This document shows positions 24,349 through 38,844 of a stretch of DNA of 64,000 nucleotides, piece by piece. Position numbers and translations under genes: made by a program. The notes beneath the pieces are model-generated. The model was given only the letters and a program-made list of their open reading frames with translations, did no database searches and was not told where the DNA came from. The DNA comes from Chrysomallon squamiferum (Eukaryota > Animalia > Mollusca), in NCBI GenBank assembly GCA_012295275.1, contig CM022670.1, forward strand, positions 8,494,001 through 8,558,000, read 5' to 3'. Each line of letters begins with the position of its first letter. Positions within the stretch are counted from its first letter, which is position 1.

Positions 24349-27088
24349 TTAATAATATTAATAATAGTAATAATCGTAAATAATATTATTATTATTAACA
24401 AATCAACATCAATAAATATATATATATATATAAATTAATAAAAAACACAATAAAATATATTTATTTAAATTTCAGAATAGATGAATATAGTACAAAAACG
24501 AATGAAAAATGCTGTCAGTACTGAAGTGATGTTTGTAAATCCAGCTTTATACCACCTGCCACCTTATTTATTTTTAATCATTCATAATTATGTGCAGATA
24601 ACCATAATGTCAGTTTTTCTTCATTTTTGTTCTGTTTGATGAAATTGTAGGTTCTTTTTTTTGTGGGATTTTTTTTTTTTTTTTTTTTTTTTCAATTGAA
24701 TACTCTTTGATTTTTTATCATTTACGCTAATCTAGATACTTAAAACTTATATTATTTATATTTTTTTTTAGAACAGTAGAAAGCTCCGTGTTTATTGATT
24801 TTGGACTCCTTTAATTTTATCTGCAAACTGTCTATGAGAGTATTTTACTTTGATTCATAGTGTTTTGATATTTAAACAATTGTGTTAACTTACATAAGGT
24901 AACAATATTTTCTGGATGAAAGGTGTCATGCAATTTCTAAGTATCTGATTACCTTAGTCTTTAAATTAAAATTGCTCATTTCATAATGTTGAATACAGAA
25001 ATTATAATTCTTACACGTTTTTTTCTTTCTGACAAATGTATTAATATTGTAATAAATAAAAACTTTTTAAAATAAATATTAAAACTTAAGTAATTCATTA
25101 ATCCAAGTCTTTGAGGTTTATTTTGAAGAACTTTGTTTCGGGCATGGGATTGGATGTTTAGATTAAATTTTTAGTACTCCTAGATTTTTCTATATTAATG
25201 TAACCATTTTTCTCAGAAAACATGGATCTGCTTCTATATGTATTGCGTCGGTATATATGAGTTAAAGTTTCAGCTAACATTCTCAGTAAGCCCAGTTATT
25301 AAAGTCCTGCATTCCCACCATTTCTGTTAAAAAGCTCGAGCTAATAATTACTAGTTGAGGATCCTATACACTTGGAATCGGAAATGTTTCAGACTTTTAG
25401 ACTATTAGGAGATAACCTTACATTATTATCAAAGTCTAAACATGAAACTCGTTGATTTTTTGTATGTAGCTTATATAGATAGCCTATAGGTATAATTATC
25501 GATTTTTTTTTTTTTTTTTTTTTTTTTACTAAATTTATTAACATTACATCTATTATTCTCATATTCGTTTTCAGTAACAAGGAATCTATAAATTCTGTTG
25601 AGACTGGACCCTGCAATGAATATCTCTCATCAAGTAACTACAGCTTCCTCTCCCCGAATCCTCCAAAAAGAGAAAAAAACAAACAAAAAAACACATGAAC
25701 AACAACAGCACAAACAACAAAACAATACCAGTTAAATAAATTCTTTTCTACACGATTCTGTTTTAGTCCAGTATTTGCCAGCTATTTCGTTGTTATTATA
25801 ACACAACCATACAGGACTTTTACCCAGACGAAACGGTAGTACTTTGGTCTCTGTTCTACACGTCATGAAACTACTTTGGCGTGTGATCTACAGCTTAAAA
25901 GGCGATCTGCAGCAATACAAATATTGAGGAAATTTCTGTAATATAAGAGGAAGATCTTAAAATCCTTAAACGGTTAATGCATGATACCTATAAAAAAAAA
26001 AAAAACCCCATCATATCCAGGCAAACTTCATTTCTGATTAGATACACGATTTTTTTTTTATTCATTCCGACGAATAGCCAGCATATTCCGATTTAAATCG
26101 TATAAATACTCGTGCAGTTCAAAAACCTGGTTGGATTCGAAAATTCGAATTTTGAAAACGATGAGAGTAGTGAACCAAAGAACTTTCCAATCACACTTTG
26201 ATTATTTTCGTTGACTACAGATGAGGAAGAATGTTTGTAGATCTTTTTTCTTGCGTTTCTAGCAGATGTTCGCTCAATTCATCGATAAAATTATTCAAAT
26301 TTGTATACTTTTTAGCCCTTGTTACTTATACTTGTTACTACAAATAAAAGGAAAATTTGTTTCATTTATGCCGTGAAAAATAATGTTTACATTTTAGCCC
26401 TTGTTTCTATAAATTATAAATATATAATAAAAGGAAAATTTGTTTAATTTATGCCGTGAAAAATAATAATTTTCTCGGTGTAGATCACTAGATCGCTTAC
26501 ATCACACACCAATGTAGCAGCGACGAAAGTTACACCCGGTAATCCCAGTATTAACGATATAACTTTGACTTCTGGGATCATGATCCCGGAGCTGTCGTTA
26601 CGTTTAACCCTATGGTTAACATGTTGACAAAATGCTCATGATCTCGAACGTCGTTAGCCTAAGATAACAAAGATGAAACCCTGTTGTTAACAGTGTCGTT
26701 TATTAAAGGTAAAAAAAAACATGATACGCACTGCGCATTCTGCACACTAAATAAACATCATATGCCGATAATCACTGACATCATCTGCTTATAAGGTCCT
26801 GGCTTGAGTTTGTCAGCCATGCTTGCTTACTAAAACACATTTATCTATGAGACGGGTCGAATCTGGGTACCAAATTGTTAAACGGATCCGGTATGTATAT
26901 CAGTAAAATAGCTACAACTTTCGTCCATATTTATCTAGGAACATGCAGCTTTCATTATGTTGTTGTATATAAAATTGTTGTTAGACAAAATGCAATATAA
27001 AGAGTTTAAGACAAAATACAATATAAAGAGTTTACACTTATATGTTCTTTTTACAGCATACATATAAATATCATATTTATCTTTTGTC

Positions 27089-27560
27089 TATGTCAGAAAA
27101 CCTTTTTAGATTTAATCAGAGGGACTTATTGTAAACAGGATATGATTAATATTTAGACTGGCACAGAGCAAAATTGAGTACAGATAATAAACACATCAAA
27201 ACACTGTTACACTCAAAAAACCAGCTTTGTTAAACATTTCCAACGTGGCAGTTAACAGAATCAAACGATTTATAATCCGATCTACGAACACAGTAAGCAA
27301 TTTAATATGTAATAAATATGTCAGAAAACCTTTTTCAGATTTATGCAGAGTGCTTTAATGTAAACAGAATGTGATTGATATTACTACACCCTCGAAGGGA
27401 AAATTTTAGTGTAAATAAATAAACAGGAAAAAACACTCAGTTACACTTTAAACAACAAACCGGCTTGGTTAAATAAACATTGGTTAAACACTTCCAATGT
27501 GGCTATTAACATAATCAAGTGATCAATAATCCGATCTATCAACCCAGCCACCAGCTGAAT
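27089..27560. repeat. Diverged ~230-bp tandem duplication
   Basis: Two units beginning TATGTCAGAAAACCTTTTT (27089, 27317), each containing ATAATCCGATCTA. Confidence 0.7.
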
Positions 27561-28119
27561 ATAAAATAAACAATCCAGAAGATTCACAAACTAGTGCGAC
27601 ATAAAAATATATGAGCAGTTAAACATATAGGAAAGAAAGGTGGTTATATTCCCCAGCAAAACGAAATTAGAAAACAAATAATAGAGAATACAAAGCTTTC
27701 ACTGTAACAAAATCTAATATTTAGAGAATGTTTATTCAAATTTGTTCCTGCCTTTTTCGGTTTTAGAAAATAAGTGATGCACTTAGTTTTAATATGAATA
27801 CATTACTCTGTAATGAAGTATGATGTAACTTAAAAAAAAACAACAACATATAAATAAATAAATACATCTGTTCACCTGTTTGGTATTCAGAGTCCAGATT
27901 TATGTATCGCACGTGCGCAGGCGCTGCTCGAAACAAACATCTCATCGATAGTAAACAAAATAACGACGCAGTGATTCTCTTTATTACGAGAGACTTCAAA
28001 CGACATCGTAACGACAAGCAAACGACACTGTTGGCTAACCGAGTCGTTATGCTGTGGTTCGCGTCATTTTACGAAGTCGTTGTGATGTAACGACCGACAT
28101 TTTCAGGAACATGGCTCCT

Positions 28120-28801
28120 GGTTCGTTTTGCGGAACTATAGATATTTGACTGTGAAGTTGATGATTTTATAATGCACTGTCAATTCTTAGTACTCGTAAG
28201 AAAAGATTTCATGAACAGAACACAAAATGAAGTGATTTTAGAATCCTATTTTGCTGCAGACATTCTCCCGTTGTTGTTTCTTTTTGTTTTTTCAATTAAA
28301 TATCTCTCACTCTATCATAATATGTGACTTTGCCGTCGCTATCTAAATTCTTGATTTTCTACGCATAGTGTAAAAACGCCAGAAATTCTCCTCTCCGTTA
28401 TATCATAATAATAATATAAAGTTACCAGTAATGCTGAATATGATATTCACTCCCATCTAAAATGAAATGTCTTTAAATAGACACAACAACAAACAGCTCT
28501 ACGTATACGTATTCAAAATAAAGTACTCGATGAAATATTCAGTTAACGTAGTACAGTAATTTTCCTATATACTTAAATAAAATATGGAGAGTTAGAAATG
28601 AAACATTGAAATAAAATACATATTCTGTTGTGATTAAAAGCAAACACCGATATAACTGCAGACCTCTCTATACTGTAAATGTATTCATATTTTATTTAGT
28701 ACTTTAAACGACATATTTAAATAGTGTAATTTAATTTGTAGTCAAATGACATAAAAGTATCTATTACGATATGTCTGATTACACATCTTAACAATCACTG
28801 A

Positions 28802-28834
<33 letters not shown>

Positions 28835-28920
28835 GATTTGAATATGTTTTCAACTTATTTGCATAGATTGAAATTTGCACGTTCATTAATTCTGTATAAA
28901 AAGATATTATTACAATAATA
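28120..28920 (-). pseudogene. Decayed copy of the 3' part of minus-strand EF-hand gene M1
   Basis: TGACTTTGCCGTCGC (28325) = 57677; CGCATAGTGTAA = ~57723; ATTGAAATAAAATACA..TGTGATTAAAA = ~58015; TTAATTTGTAGTCAA = ~58148. Confidence 0.75.
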
Positions 28921-29991
28921 ATAATAATATTAACAATAACAACTAAAATAACAGTGATGACGATAAAAATAGCTATTGTTTACCCACTTGAAATGATATC
29001 TGCAGGTGTTCTAGGTGAATCATGTGTACTAAAGGTATGTTTCGTAAAACTTCAGGTTAATCGTGTTTGTTACTTTATTGCGTTTCTTTGCATACAGCGC
29101 TTTGTCATAATCTGTTAGTGGTAGAAACATGCAGAAACACGCTCTAAAACAAGGAATATAAATACAGTGCGTCGTAGAAACACGGATGACATTTCTTCGT
29201 TTTTCCTAAGACACAAAATCATTGTGTCTTTATGATAATAGGTAATGACATTCACTTTAGTTTATTGCTGTTTCTGTTTTTTCTTCTTTTTTTTTCCTTT
29301 TTTTTTTTTTCTTTTTTTCTTTTTTCTTTTTACTATGTTGTTGTTGTTGGGATTTTTTTTTTAGTGTGTTGTTATGTTTATTATTTAGTTTACTTATTTT
29401 TTTTTTTTTTTTTTCATTTTGTTCTTATCTCCTTTCTCTTCTTACATGGGACTCGTGTAGAGAGAGTGACGGACAAAACCCCTGACGGACATAATCATTT
29501 TACGGAGAATTTTGCCTTCATCTAATCTAGATCTTCGCTTGCAATTAACAAACAGGTAATCTCTATTTTATTTTATTTTATTCTATTCTATTTGTTTACT
29601 ACTATTACTACTACTACTACTACTACTACTATTACTACTACTACTAATATTACTAATACTGTTGTTGTTAGTGTTATTATTACTATTATACTTTATTTGT
29701 TGTATTAATTTATTATTTAGTTATTATTATTATGGTTGTCAATTAATTATTTTATATCTTTTTAATCTGTATTTTATTTTATTTTATTTTAATGTAATCT
29801 TTAGAAAGATATTATATTGTTCTATTACCAGTGTTCACTACTTATAATAGGATACTCACTATTTGATAACTGTTGTTAATATAATTTCAAATAAAAGAAG
29901 TTAATATGGACAGATATCATTTATAAAACATAAAACTTACATATATTTCTGGTATCACCATATAATGTTATTACTGTTATTGTTATTGATA

Positions 29992-30058
<67 letters not shown>

Positions 30059-30193
30059 GATTATAATTATTATTATTATTATTCATCTTAAATAAAAACA
30101 ACTTTCCACTATAAAATCATAAACCGTAGTTACCATTTCACACCTCTGTTTCTTAAAAGAAACAAACTGAAATTTTTTATTTTATTTTAAAGA

Positions 30194-30481
30194 ATGAGTC
30201 ATCTAAGTAGTGAAGAACGTGAATATCACACATTGCGGTTCTTGAGGTATGACACAGATGGGAATGGATATCTTGATGTCATAGAACTGGGGGAAATGTT
30301 TTTGTCGAAGGGACAAGATATGCCTTTTACAGAATTGAAAGTAAGCATAATTTATCAGCTGTTTATGGGAAGGTACATATTAAAGATGTTTATGCTGTTT
30401 GAAAAAGCGATAAGCGAGAAATCTTTCTAATTACTTGTTTTATCCTTAACAGTTGTTTACGCTTATGTAAATATTATTATT

Positions 30482-30514
<33 letters not shown>

Positions 30515-30873
30515 ATATTTTTCTTCTCACAAGAAAAATTGAAAGAGATGGATACAAACAAAGATAATCGAATTACTCTGGACGAGTTCTTAGCGGTAGT
30601 GCCGAATAACATACCCGAAGAAGAAATAAAGTAAGTTTTAAATTACTTCCCTTGTTTCGATTTGAAAACAAATTTAACTAAACGTTCATGTATGTTATGT
30701 ACGATTTTCCAGGTTTAATTTGCCAGATATTTGTGAAATCAATTTACACAAAAATTTCAGTTTGAGAATGTAACGAGAAACGTAATATGTATATCGAACA
30801 CACAAAATGAAGGTGACGACTGCAACAATGTCTTGACCAACTCGCCTATTCTTAATGCTACACTGTGTGTTTG

Positions 30874-30925
<52 letters not shown>

Positions 30926-31173
30926 ATGTGTGTGTGTGCGACAGATATTAAATATTAACTGATATGTTTTATAGATTGGACCATCTGAAAGACCGCTTTA
31001 GGACAATGGACAAAGATGGCGACGGTTTGGTAACGGCTGATGATTTTTATCAGGACATGAAAGGAAGAGGATATGAAATTACTAAGGACGACGCCATTGC
31101 TTACATGAAGAAAGTGGACACCAGCGGTGACGGGAAAATTGAGTTGAAAGACTACTTGGCGTTTAACAAATGA
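30194..31173 (+). CDS. Calmodulin-like 4-EF-hand protein, copy P1 (exon-3 acceptor mutated AG>AA; possibly pseudogene)
   Basis: Exons 30194-30340, 30533-30630, 30975-31173 all open; loops DTDGNGYLDVIE, DTNKDNRITLDE, DKDGDGLVTADD, DTSGDGKIELKD; 5'UTR exon donor at 29556. Confidence 0.65.
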
Positions 31174-32417
31174 ATAGTGATAGCAAATGCCTTGCAGTAC
31201 ATATGAAATAGATATTTGAGGCTATAGAAACAATTATTTCAGAAAATCAATTATTTAAATATTACAGTTACCTGCTATTCTTTCTTTAACAGTAAATATT
31301 CTCCTAACTTGTTCACACATATAGAAGCACTGTCTATTTATATTTGATATAACCAAATTTTGTGGTGAAAAATTTAATATCTGCTTAGCATATGTCTATG
31401 AATTAATGCTACATAAGAACTGCTCATTTTATGTCGTTGATCACAGAAACCATATTCTTGCTTTGATGTTTTTCCTACGACAAACATAACTGAGTTACAA
31501 ATAAAGATTAATAGTACGATTTTATTAGTATGTTCTGCTAAAATAAAAACGGCTTAATAAATTAAAAAAACATTACCTGCAAATTACACGAATTTTAAAA
31601 GCTCGTCCTACTTTTATCCGGTCTAAAAGAGGACCAGGACCATCAGTGTCCGAAAATCGATCGTGTACCTGTACCACGAAACCTCACAGTCAAACAACAC
31701 GTATACTGTCATATGATGAGATAATTTACACACTCTCATATATCTTCTCATACAGTGTGAGACATGACAGCAAAATATTCAAATAAAACAACAGTAATGA
31801 AACAGGGAGAGCAGTAGTTGTGATGGTAGTTGCAGTAGGAGTGGTTTAAAAAAACAAACAAGAAAAATAACAAGAAAAACAATAAAATAGTAATATAATT
31901 ATAGTAGTAGTAGCAGTAGTAGTAGTAGTAGCTGTAGTAGTAGTAGCAGTAGTAGTGATAATAAGAACAACAACAACAAAAGTCTGAGGAAATTTAAAAT
32001 GTATCCATCAGCATGATGGTATAAGTACACATCACAATATATTTTATTACTTCCTTTTTACCTTCGTTAATTAAAATGTGAAGCAGTGTGTTATCTACTA
32101 TTTATTAATCTCTGTGTAAAGTTTCTTGTAATTAAGATGAATATGGCGATATGAAGAAATAAGAGTAGAAATATTGATTTAAAACTTTTATCAGTTTTCC
32201 ATCTATTTGTATAAGTTGAAGTGAAAGTAATAACCCTTTTATTTTATAAATTATTTTATGCGTTTTACATCTGTCTACCTATTTATCTGTCTGTTTGTCT
32301 GTCTATCTAATTAAAATGCAAATTTAAATTCTAAAACAAAGTTTGTAAGTTTTTTGCTTCGAACGTTTTTCAGCGGCTTAATATATACAGAATAATAATA
32401 ATAATAATAACAACAAC

Positions 32418-32461
<44 letters not shown>

Positions 32462-33359
32462 GAATAATAAGAATAATAATAATAATAATAAAAATGAGAA
32501 GAAGAAGAAGAAAGAAAGAAAGAACAACAACCCAACAGTTGTGATATAGTGATGAATGTTTTAATAAATTTATGTTGTGCTGAAATAGCAGATTTCTCCT
32601 TTTTAAAAGTCCAGTATTACATCGCGTTTTATAGACTGTTCTTGTCTTTACGTCCCCTGGCAAATTCCCGAATCGTCAACCGATATAGGTGCATGTGTCC
32701 GCGCTCGTGTTTCTGTATCTCAATCTAAATGCATGCGAGTTGACTGAACAGTTAAATTCAAAAAGCAACGACTTACATTTTCTTATATATAACCTTTCAA
32801 AAGAAGAGGTATAAACACAATATCAAATGAAGCTATTGCAAAATAATAAACACATATATCGTCAGTGAAAAAAAACCTGGATCAGTCCTCATTAGAAAAC
32901 TCATCTTTTTTTCCCATTCCACTTCTCACATGATATGTTACCGATTGATGCTATAAAGCTATTCTGATTCCAAGTATATGATCACGGTAATCCCGTCTCA
33001 ACCCAATTTCCACCAAGGTAAGCGTACATTTCACCATAGCAACGATAAACATCCTAACCTAATACACTTCAGCCAGGAAGGTCTACATTTTTTTTACTGT
33101 ACATTTTTCCTTACATGCCACTGTATGCCAGTTTTTTTACATTGTTTTTCGGTATGTAAACTTTTTTTTCATCATTGTATAATTGTATTATACAGCTTTT
33201 ATATGTATTAAAATTTAATATTACAATAAATTAATTTTAGGTTAATATTTAGCTTTGTTTAAAATTTAATAATTTATATTCTGAATAGAATAGTTGATAT
33301 ATATATATATATATATATAACATAATAACATGTTTATCAGTTTATTTTTAAAAAAGTAT

Positions 33360-33403
<44 letters not shown>

Positions 33404-34235
33404 AATATTTATATATCAGTCTATAAATAAAATAGATTGTGTTTGTTAGTTTATTAGCATTCTTTGCATACAGCACTTTATCATGCAATATCACTGGTAG
33501 AAACATGCAGATACTCGCTGTAAAACAAGGAAGTATAATTATAGTGCGCGACAGAAACACAGATAAGATTTCTTTTTCTTTTTTACTCTTATTTAAAATC
33601 GTTAAGTCTTCATAATAACAGGTAATGAGTATAACTTAACTTTATTGCTCTTCTTTTGTTTTAATGCCGTCAGTTTTGTTTGTTTTTGTTTTGTTAGTGT
33701 ATTGTTTTGTTTATTGTTTAATTTTATTTCTGTTTCTTTCTTTTTTTTCATTTTGTTCTTATCGCCGAACTGGTCTTACGTAGAACACGTGTAGAGGGTG
33801 ACCGCAAAATCTAGACCTTCGATTGCACTTAATAAACAGGTAAGCTGCATTTTGTTTTATATTATTTCTCTACTACTACTACGTCTACGACCACTACTAC
33901 AATGATGACGACGACAACTACTACTAGTACTACTAATACTTCTACTACAACTATTATTATTGTTGTTGTTGTTCTTATTTATTTATTTGTTCTAATAATT
34001 TATTATTAACTTATTGTTGTTAATTAATTATTTTATATCTTTTGATCTGTATTTTATTTTATTTTATTTTACTGTGATCTTTAGAAACGTGTTCTCTTTC
34101 CAAAACGCGCATTACAGGTAATAGGATACTTAGTGTCTGGTAACGAATGTGAAAATAATTTCAAATAAAAGAAGTTCGTCTGCTCAGGTGTCATTTATAA
34201 AACAAAACTTAGATATGTTCTGGTATCACCATGTA

Positions 34236-34289
<54 letters not shown>

Positions 34290-34478
34290 GTTATTATTGT
34301 TGTTGTTGTTGTTGTTGTTATTATTATTATTATAATCTAGAAAACGTTACTGTTATTATTATTATTATTTTAATTCATCTTAAATAAAAACAACTTTACA
34401 CTTTTAAATCATAGTTACCATTTCACACCTCTGTTTCTTAAAAGAAACAAACCGAAACTTTTTATTTTATTTTAAAGA

Positions 34479-34789
34479 ATGAGTCATCTGAGTAGAGAAG
34501 TACGTGAATATCACACATTGCGGTTCTTGAGGTATGACACAGATGGGAATGGATATCTTGATGTCATGGAACTGGGGGAAATGTTTTTGTCGGATGGACA
34601 CGATATACCTTTTAAAGAATTGAAAGTAAGCATAATTTATCAGCTGTTTATGGGAAGGTACATATTAAAGATGTGTTGATGCTGTTCGAAAAAGTGATAA
34701 ACGAGAAATCTTTCTCATTACCTGTTTTATCCTTAACTACAGTTTTAGTTGCTTTTTCGTATGTGCACATTTTTCTTCTTCTTCTTCTT

Positions 34790-34820
<31 letters not shown>

Positions 34821-34825
34821 TTATT

Positions 34826-34861
<36 letters not shown>

Positions 34862-35241
34862 TATTTTTTCTCCACCGAAAATTTTTGAAATGGTAGATAC
34901 AAACGGCGATGGACGAATTACTCTGGACGAATTCTTAGCGGTAGTGCCGAATGGCATACTTGAAGAAGAAACAAAGTACGTTTTAAATTACTTCTCTTGT
35001 TTCGAGTTGAAAACAAATTTAACTAAACGTTCATGTATGTTATGCAGGATTTTTCAGGTTTAATTTGCCAGATATTTGTGAAATCAATTTACACAAAAAT
35101 TTCAGTTTAAGAATGTAATGAGAAACGTAATATGTATATCGAACACACAAAATGCATGTGATGACTGCTTGAGTGGCTTGGCCCTCTCGCCCATTCTTAA
35201 TGCTCTACAGTGTGTGTGTGTTTGTATGTGTGCGAGTGTGG

Positions 35242-35289
<48 letters not shown>

Positions 35290-35559
35290 CTGTGTGTGAG
35301 TGTGTGCGTCTGTGTGTGTGTGTGTCACAAATATTAAATATTAACAGATATGTTTTATAGATTGGACCATCTGAAAGACCGCTTTAGGACAATGGACAAA
35401 GATGGCGACGGTTTTGTAACGGTGGACGATTTTTATCAGGACATGAAAGGAAGAGGATATGAAATTACTATGAACGACGCCATTGCTTACGTGAAGAAAG
35501 TGGACACCAACGGTGACGGGAAAATTGACTTGAACGACTACTTGGCTTTTAACAAATGA
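34479..35559 (+). CDS. Calmodulin-like 4-EF-hand protein, copy P2 (exon-3 acceptor mutated AG>CG; possibly pseudogene)
   Basis: Exons 34479-34625, 34878-34975, 35361-35559 all open; 5'UTR exon donor at 33840. Confidence 0.65.
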
Positions 35560-35934
35560 ACAGTGGTTGAAGTAACAAGTGCCGACTTCAAATCAGACAT
35601 TACAGAGATTTTTAATCATTCCACATTAGAATTCACTTTTTATTAAAGATATGAAAAAGATAATTGTGGCTTTGGAAATAGCTGTTTCAGAAAATCAACT
35701 ATTTAAATATGACAGTTACCGGCTATTCTAAAAGCATTGGGTTTTTGTTACCAGTATATATTCTCCTAACGTCTTCACACACATATATGTAAGCACTGTC
35801 TGTTTATATTTGATATAACGAAAGTTTCTTACTGAAATTGTCTCATATCTGATTATCAATCGTTTATGAATTAATGCTGCATAACAGAAACCATGTTCAT
35901 GCTTTCATGTTTTTCCTATGATGAACATAACTGT

Positions 35935-35970
<36 letters not shown>

Positions 35971-35980
35971 TGTACAATTG

Positions 35981-36034
<54 letters not shown>

Positions 36035-36400
36035 TAGCACAGGATGGGATGTATACATTATTATTTTTCAAAGTTTTAACTTTATACTTTAGGCATCTCG
36101 TGCACTCAGAGGATATGGATCCGCCTCTATACTAAAACTGAAAAAGATTTAAAGTGTCATAAAAAAAATAAATAAAAATAAATAATGTATTATGTCTGCA
36201 TATGTACGAATTTGTGTATTTCTTTTGTTTTCAGTAATGAATTTAATATACATAGATTATTATCTTTATCTGTTAAGTATGTTTATTTTAAAACTATTTT
36301 CTCTTCTCTCTCTCTCAAATATCTTTATTTCTGTATTAAACAGCTTTTATATCTAAAGTTTAATGTTTCGGTAAATTTTAGGATAATGTTTAGATTCGTC

Positions 36401-36462
<62 letters not shown>

Positions 36463-36465
36463 TTT

Positions 36466-36509
<44 letters not shown>

Positions 36510-36845
36510 GTCCAGAGAGAGAGAGAGGTTAGGATTTTGTTGCTTCCAAATAAATTTAAATAAAGTGATAAAACTTAGTTATATATCAGTTGCACGTGCA
36601 TATCGCTTTCCGTAATGAAAAGAACACCATTTGTCATATCGAACGCCGCTATACGTACTGCACGTGGAAACGCGACGCGCTCGTGCTGTCGCAGAAATGC
36701 GTGAAATACGGATGTACTGAAATCACATTTTGATCCACTGAACCAACATTATCCAAAAACAAAAGGAAAAAAATGTATCCTGTTATAATCGCTCGCCATC
36801 TAATCTTAATGGAAAATCAACGTCTTGAAGCAGTGAGACGGCTTA

Positions 36846-37080
36846 ATTCAAGTGTTGAACTGGCCACCGAAGTCCCGTGACTTGTATCCAGTTCAGCATG
36901 CATGGGACCTACCTGGCTATAGGGTCCGCGAAAACCATCTTCATATCATTAATGACCATGTCCTGCAAATTGCTCTGAACCGTGAATGGAACGTAATTAC
37001 TGTTCCTTAGATTAATGCTCTCGTCAGAAGAATGAGTCGACGATGTACTGCTGTCATCAATCCCGCTGGTGCACACGGTA
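36846..37080 (+). mobile_element. Degenerate Tc1-family transposase C-terminal fragment
   Basis: Translates IQVLNWPPKSRDLYPVQHAWD...LQIALNREWNVITVP*INALVRRMSRRCTAVINPAGAH, matching Tc1 WPxxSPDLxPIEHxW...EW...MxRRCxAVI..GGHT; in-frame stop at 37008-37010. Confidence 0.85.
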
Positions 37081-38844
37081 TGTTCCCAAAACTGGCAGTC
37101 TTCAGATTAGGTAATCGGTGAGGTGTTGTAATCCGCTTCCAGAAATGAGAAAACTGGCGTGAGCAATTAAAGCCAATTTAGACGCATGGGGATAACGAGA
37201 TGTGTGTAGAACAGAGGTGAGCCGGATTAGAGATTGCAAGAAAATTAATGTTTGAAGACATGAAATTAATGTTATATCTCAGTAAAATGTGGCGACAGGA
37301 AATACTACCAATTTTGACGTATGGGGTTAACGAGAACAATTATGAGATGTATGAAGAGGGTAGCCAGGGTAGAGGTTGCAAGGAAATTAATGTTATAACG
37401 TAAGATCTGGAGACAAGAAATACTACCTATACAAATACTGTACAGTCATGATGTTTGTTATGTTTGATCGTAATTAATTGCCTTTGTTATTGCTTTGATC
37501 ACCGATCAATATTCAACCGTCAATGGAATGATTAATGTGTACAAATAAATTCAGCATCCAATCAGGTTGTCTATATTCCATATCTTCTAAGTATATTTAT
37601 ATATATTTTAGTATTTATTTATTTAGAATAGTTATATACATTTCTACAAAGAAAACGGATTGTGTTCTTTAGTTTATTAGTGTTCTTTGCATACAGCACT
37701 TTATCATACAATATCACTGGTAGAAACATGCAGAAACACGCTCCGGAACAAGGAAGTATAATTATACTGCCTGGTAGAAACACAGGTAACATATCTTCAT
37801 TTTTCTTTTATTTAAAATCTTTGTGTGTTTATATTAACAGGTAAGGTAAAGAGTTTAACTTAAGTTTATTGCTTTTCCTTTGTTTTAATGCTGCCAGTTT
37901 TGTTTGTTTTGTTTTGTTGACTGTCGTGTTTTTCTTTTGTATATTTTATTGTGTGTGTGTGTGTGTGTGTGTTTGTCTGTGTTAGTGTATTGTTTTTTTA
38001 TTGTTTTTTTATTATTATTTTTACACTTTTCTTCTTATCACCGTACTCTTACATGGGATATGTGTAGAGGGTGACGGACAAAATCTTTGCCGGACATAAT
38101 CACCTTAACAAGACTTTTGCTTCATCTAATCTAGACCTTCGCTTGCAGTTAACAAACAGGTAAGATCTATTTTAATTCATTGTATTTTTTATTTATTTAT
38201 TACTACTAGTACTATAATGAGGACAACTACGACTACTACTAGTACTACTGTTATTGTTGTTGTTATTATTATTATTATTATTAGTAGTAGTAGTAGTTTT
38301 ATTAATGTAATTATTGTTCTTGTTTTTATTTATTTATTTGTTGTGATAATTTATTATTTACCTATTACAATTACTATTAATTATTTTGTACCCATTGTTT
38401 TTAGAACGTTTTTCTATGTGAAAAAAATAAAAAGACCTCAAAAAAAAAAAAAAAAAAAAAAAAAAGAAAGAAAAAAAATACAAAAAGAAAAAACTTGATC
38501 AAGAACAAAGCATTGTTATGATATCTAGGTGTTGGCTTCTTTCCAAATAGTGCACTACTGGTAATGGGATACTGATTGCTGGGTAGCTATTGTTAAACTA
38601 ACAATATAGCAGAAATATAAATCTCCATAGTTTAAAGATAATAATTTCAAATGAAAGAAGTTCATTTGGACAGATATCATTTATGAAATAAAAAATTTAG
38701 ATATACTTGTGATATAACTATATAATTTTATTATGATCATTTTAAATAAACCTCAATTCTGCACTATAAAATTATAAACCGTAGTTACCATTTGATACCT
38801 CTGTCTGTTAAAGTAACAAACTGAATCTTTTTACGTTTTTTAGA

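Noticed and set aside
26310-27560. CRISPR-like or satellite array
   Set aside because: Only two-copy diverged tandem duplications, no repeat-spacer periodicity, eukaryotic context.
32978-33211. ORF MITVIPSQP…, repeated at 47826-48047
   Set aside because: Part of the duplicated spacer; the copies diverge in frame and run into microsatellite, with no recognisable domain.
36910-37100. Minus-strand open frame (…DSSTSSTHSSDESINLRN…) as a host exon
   Set aside because: Better explained as the antisense of the Tc1 transposase fragment on the plus strand.
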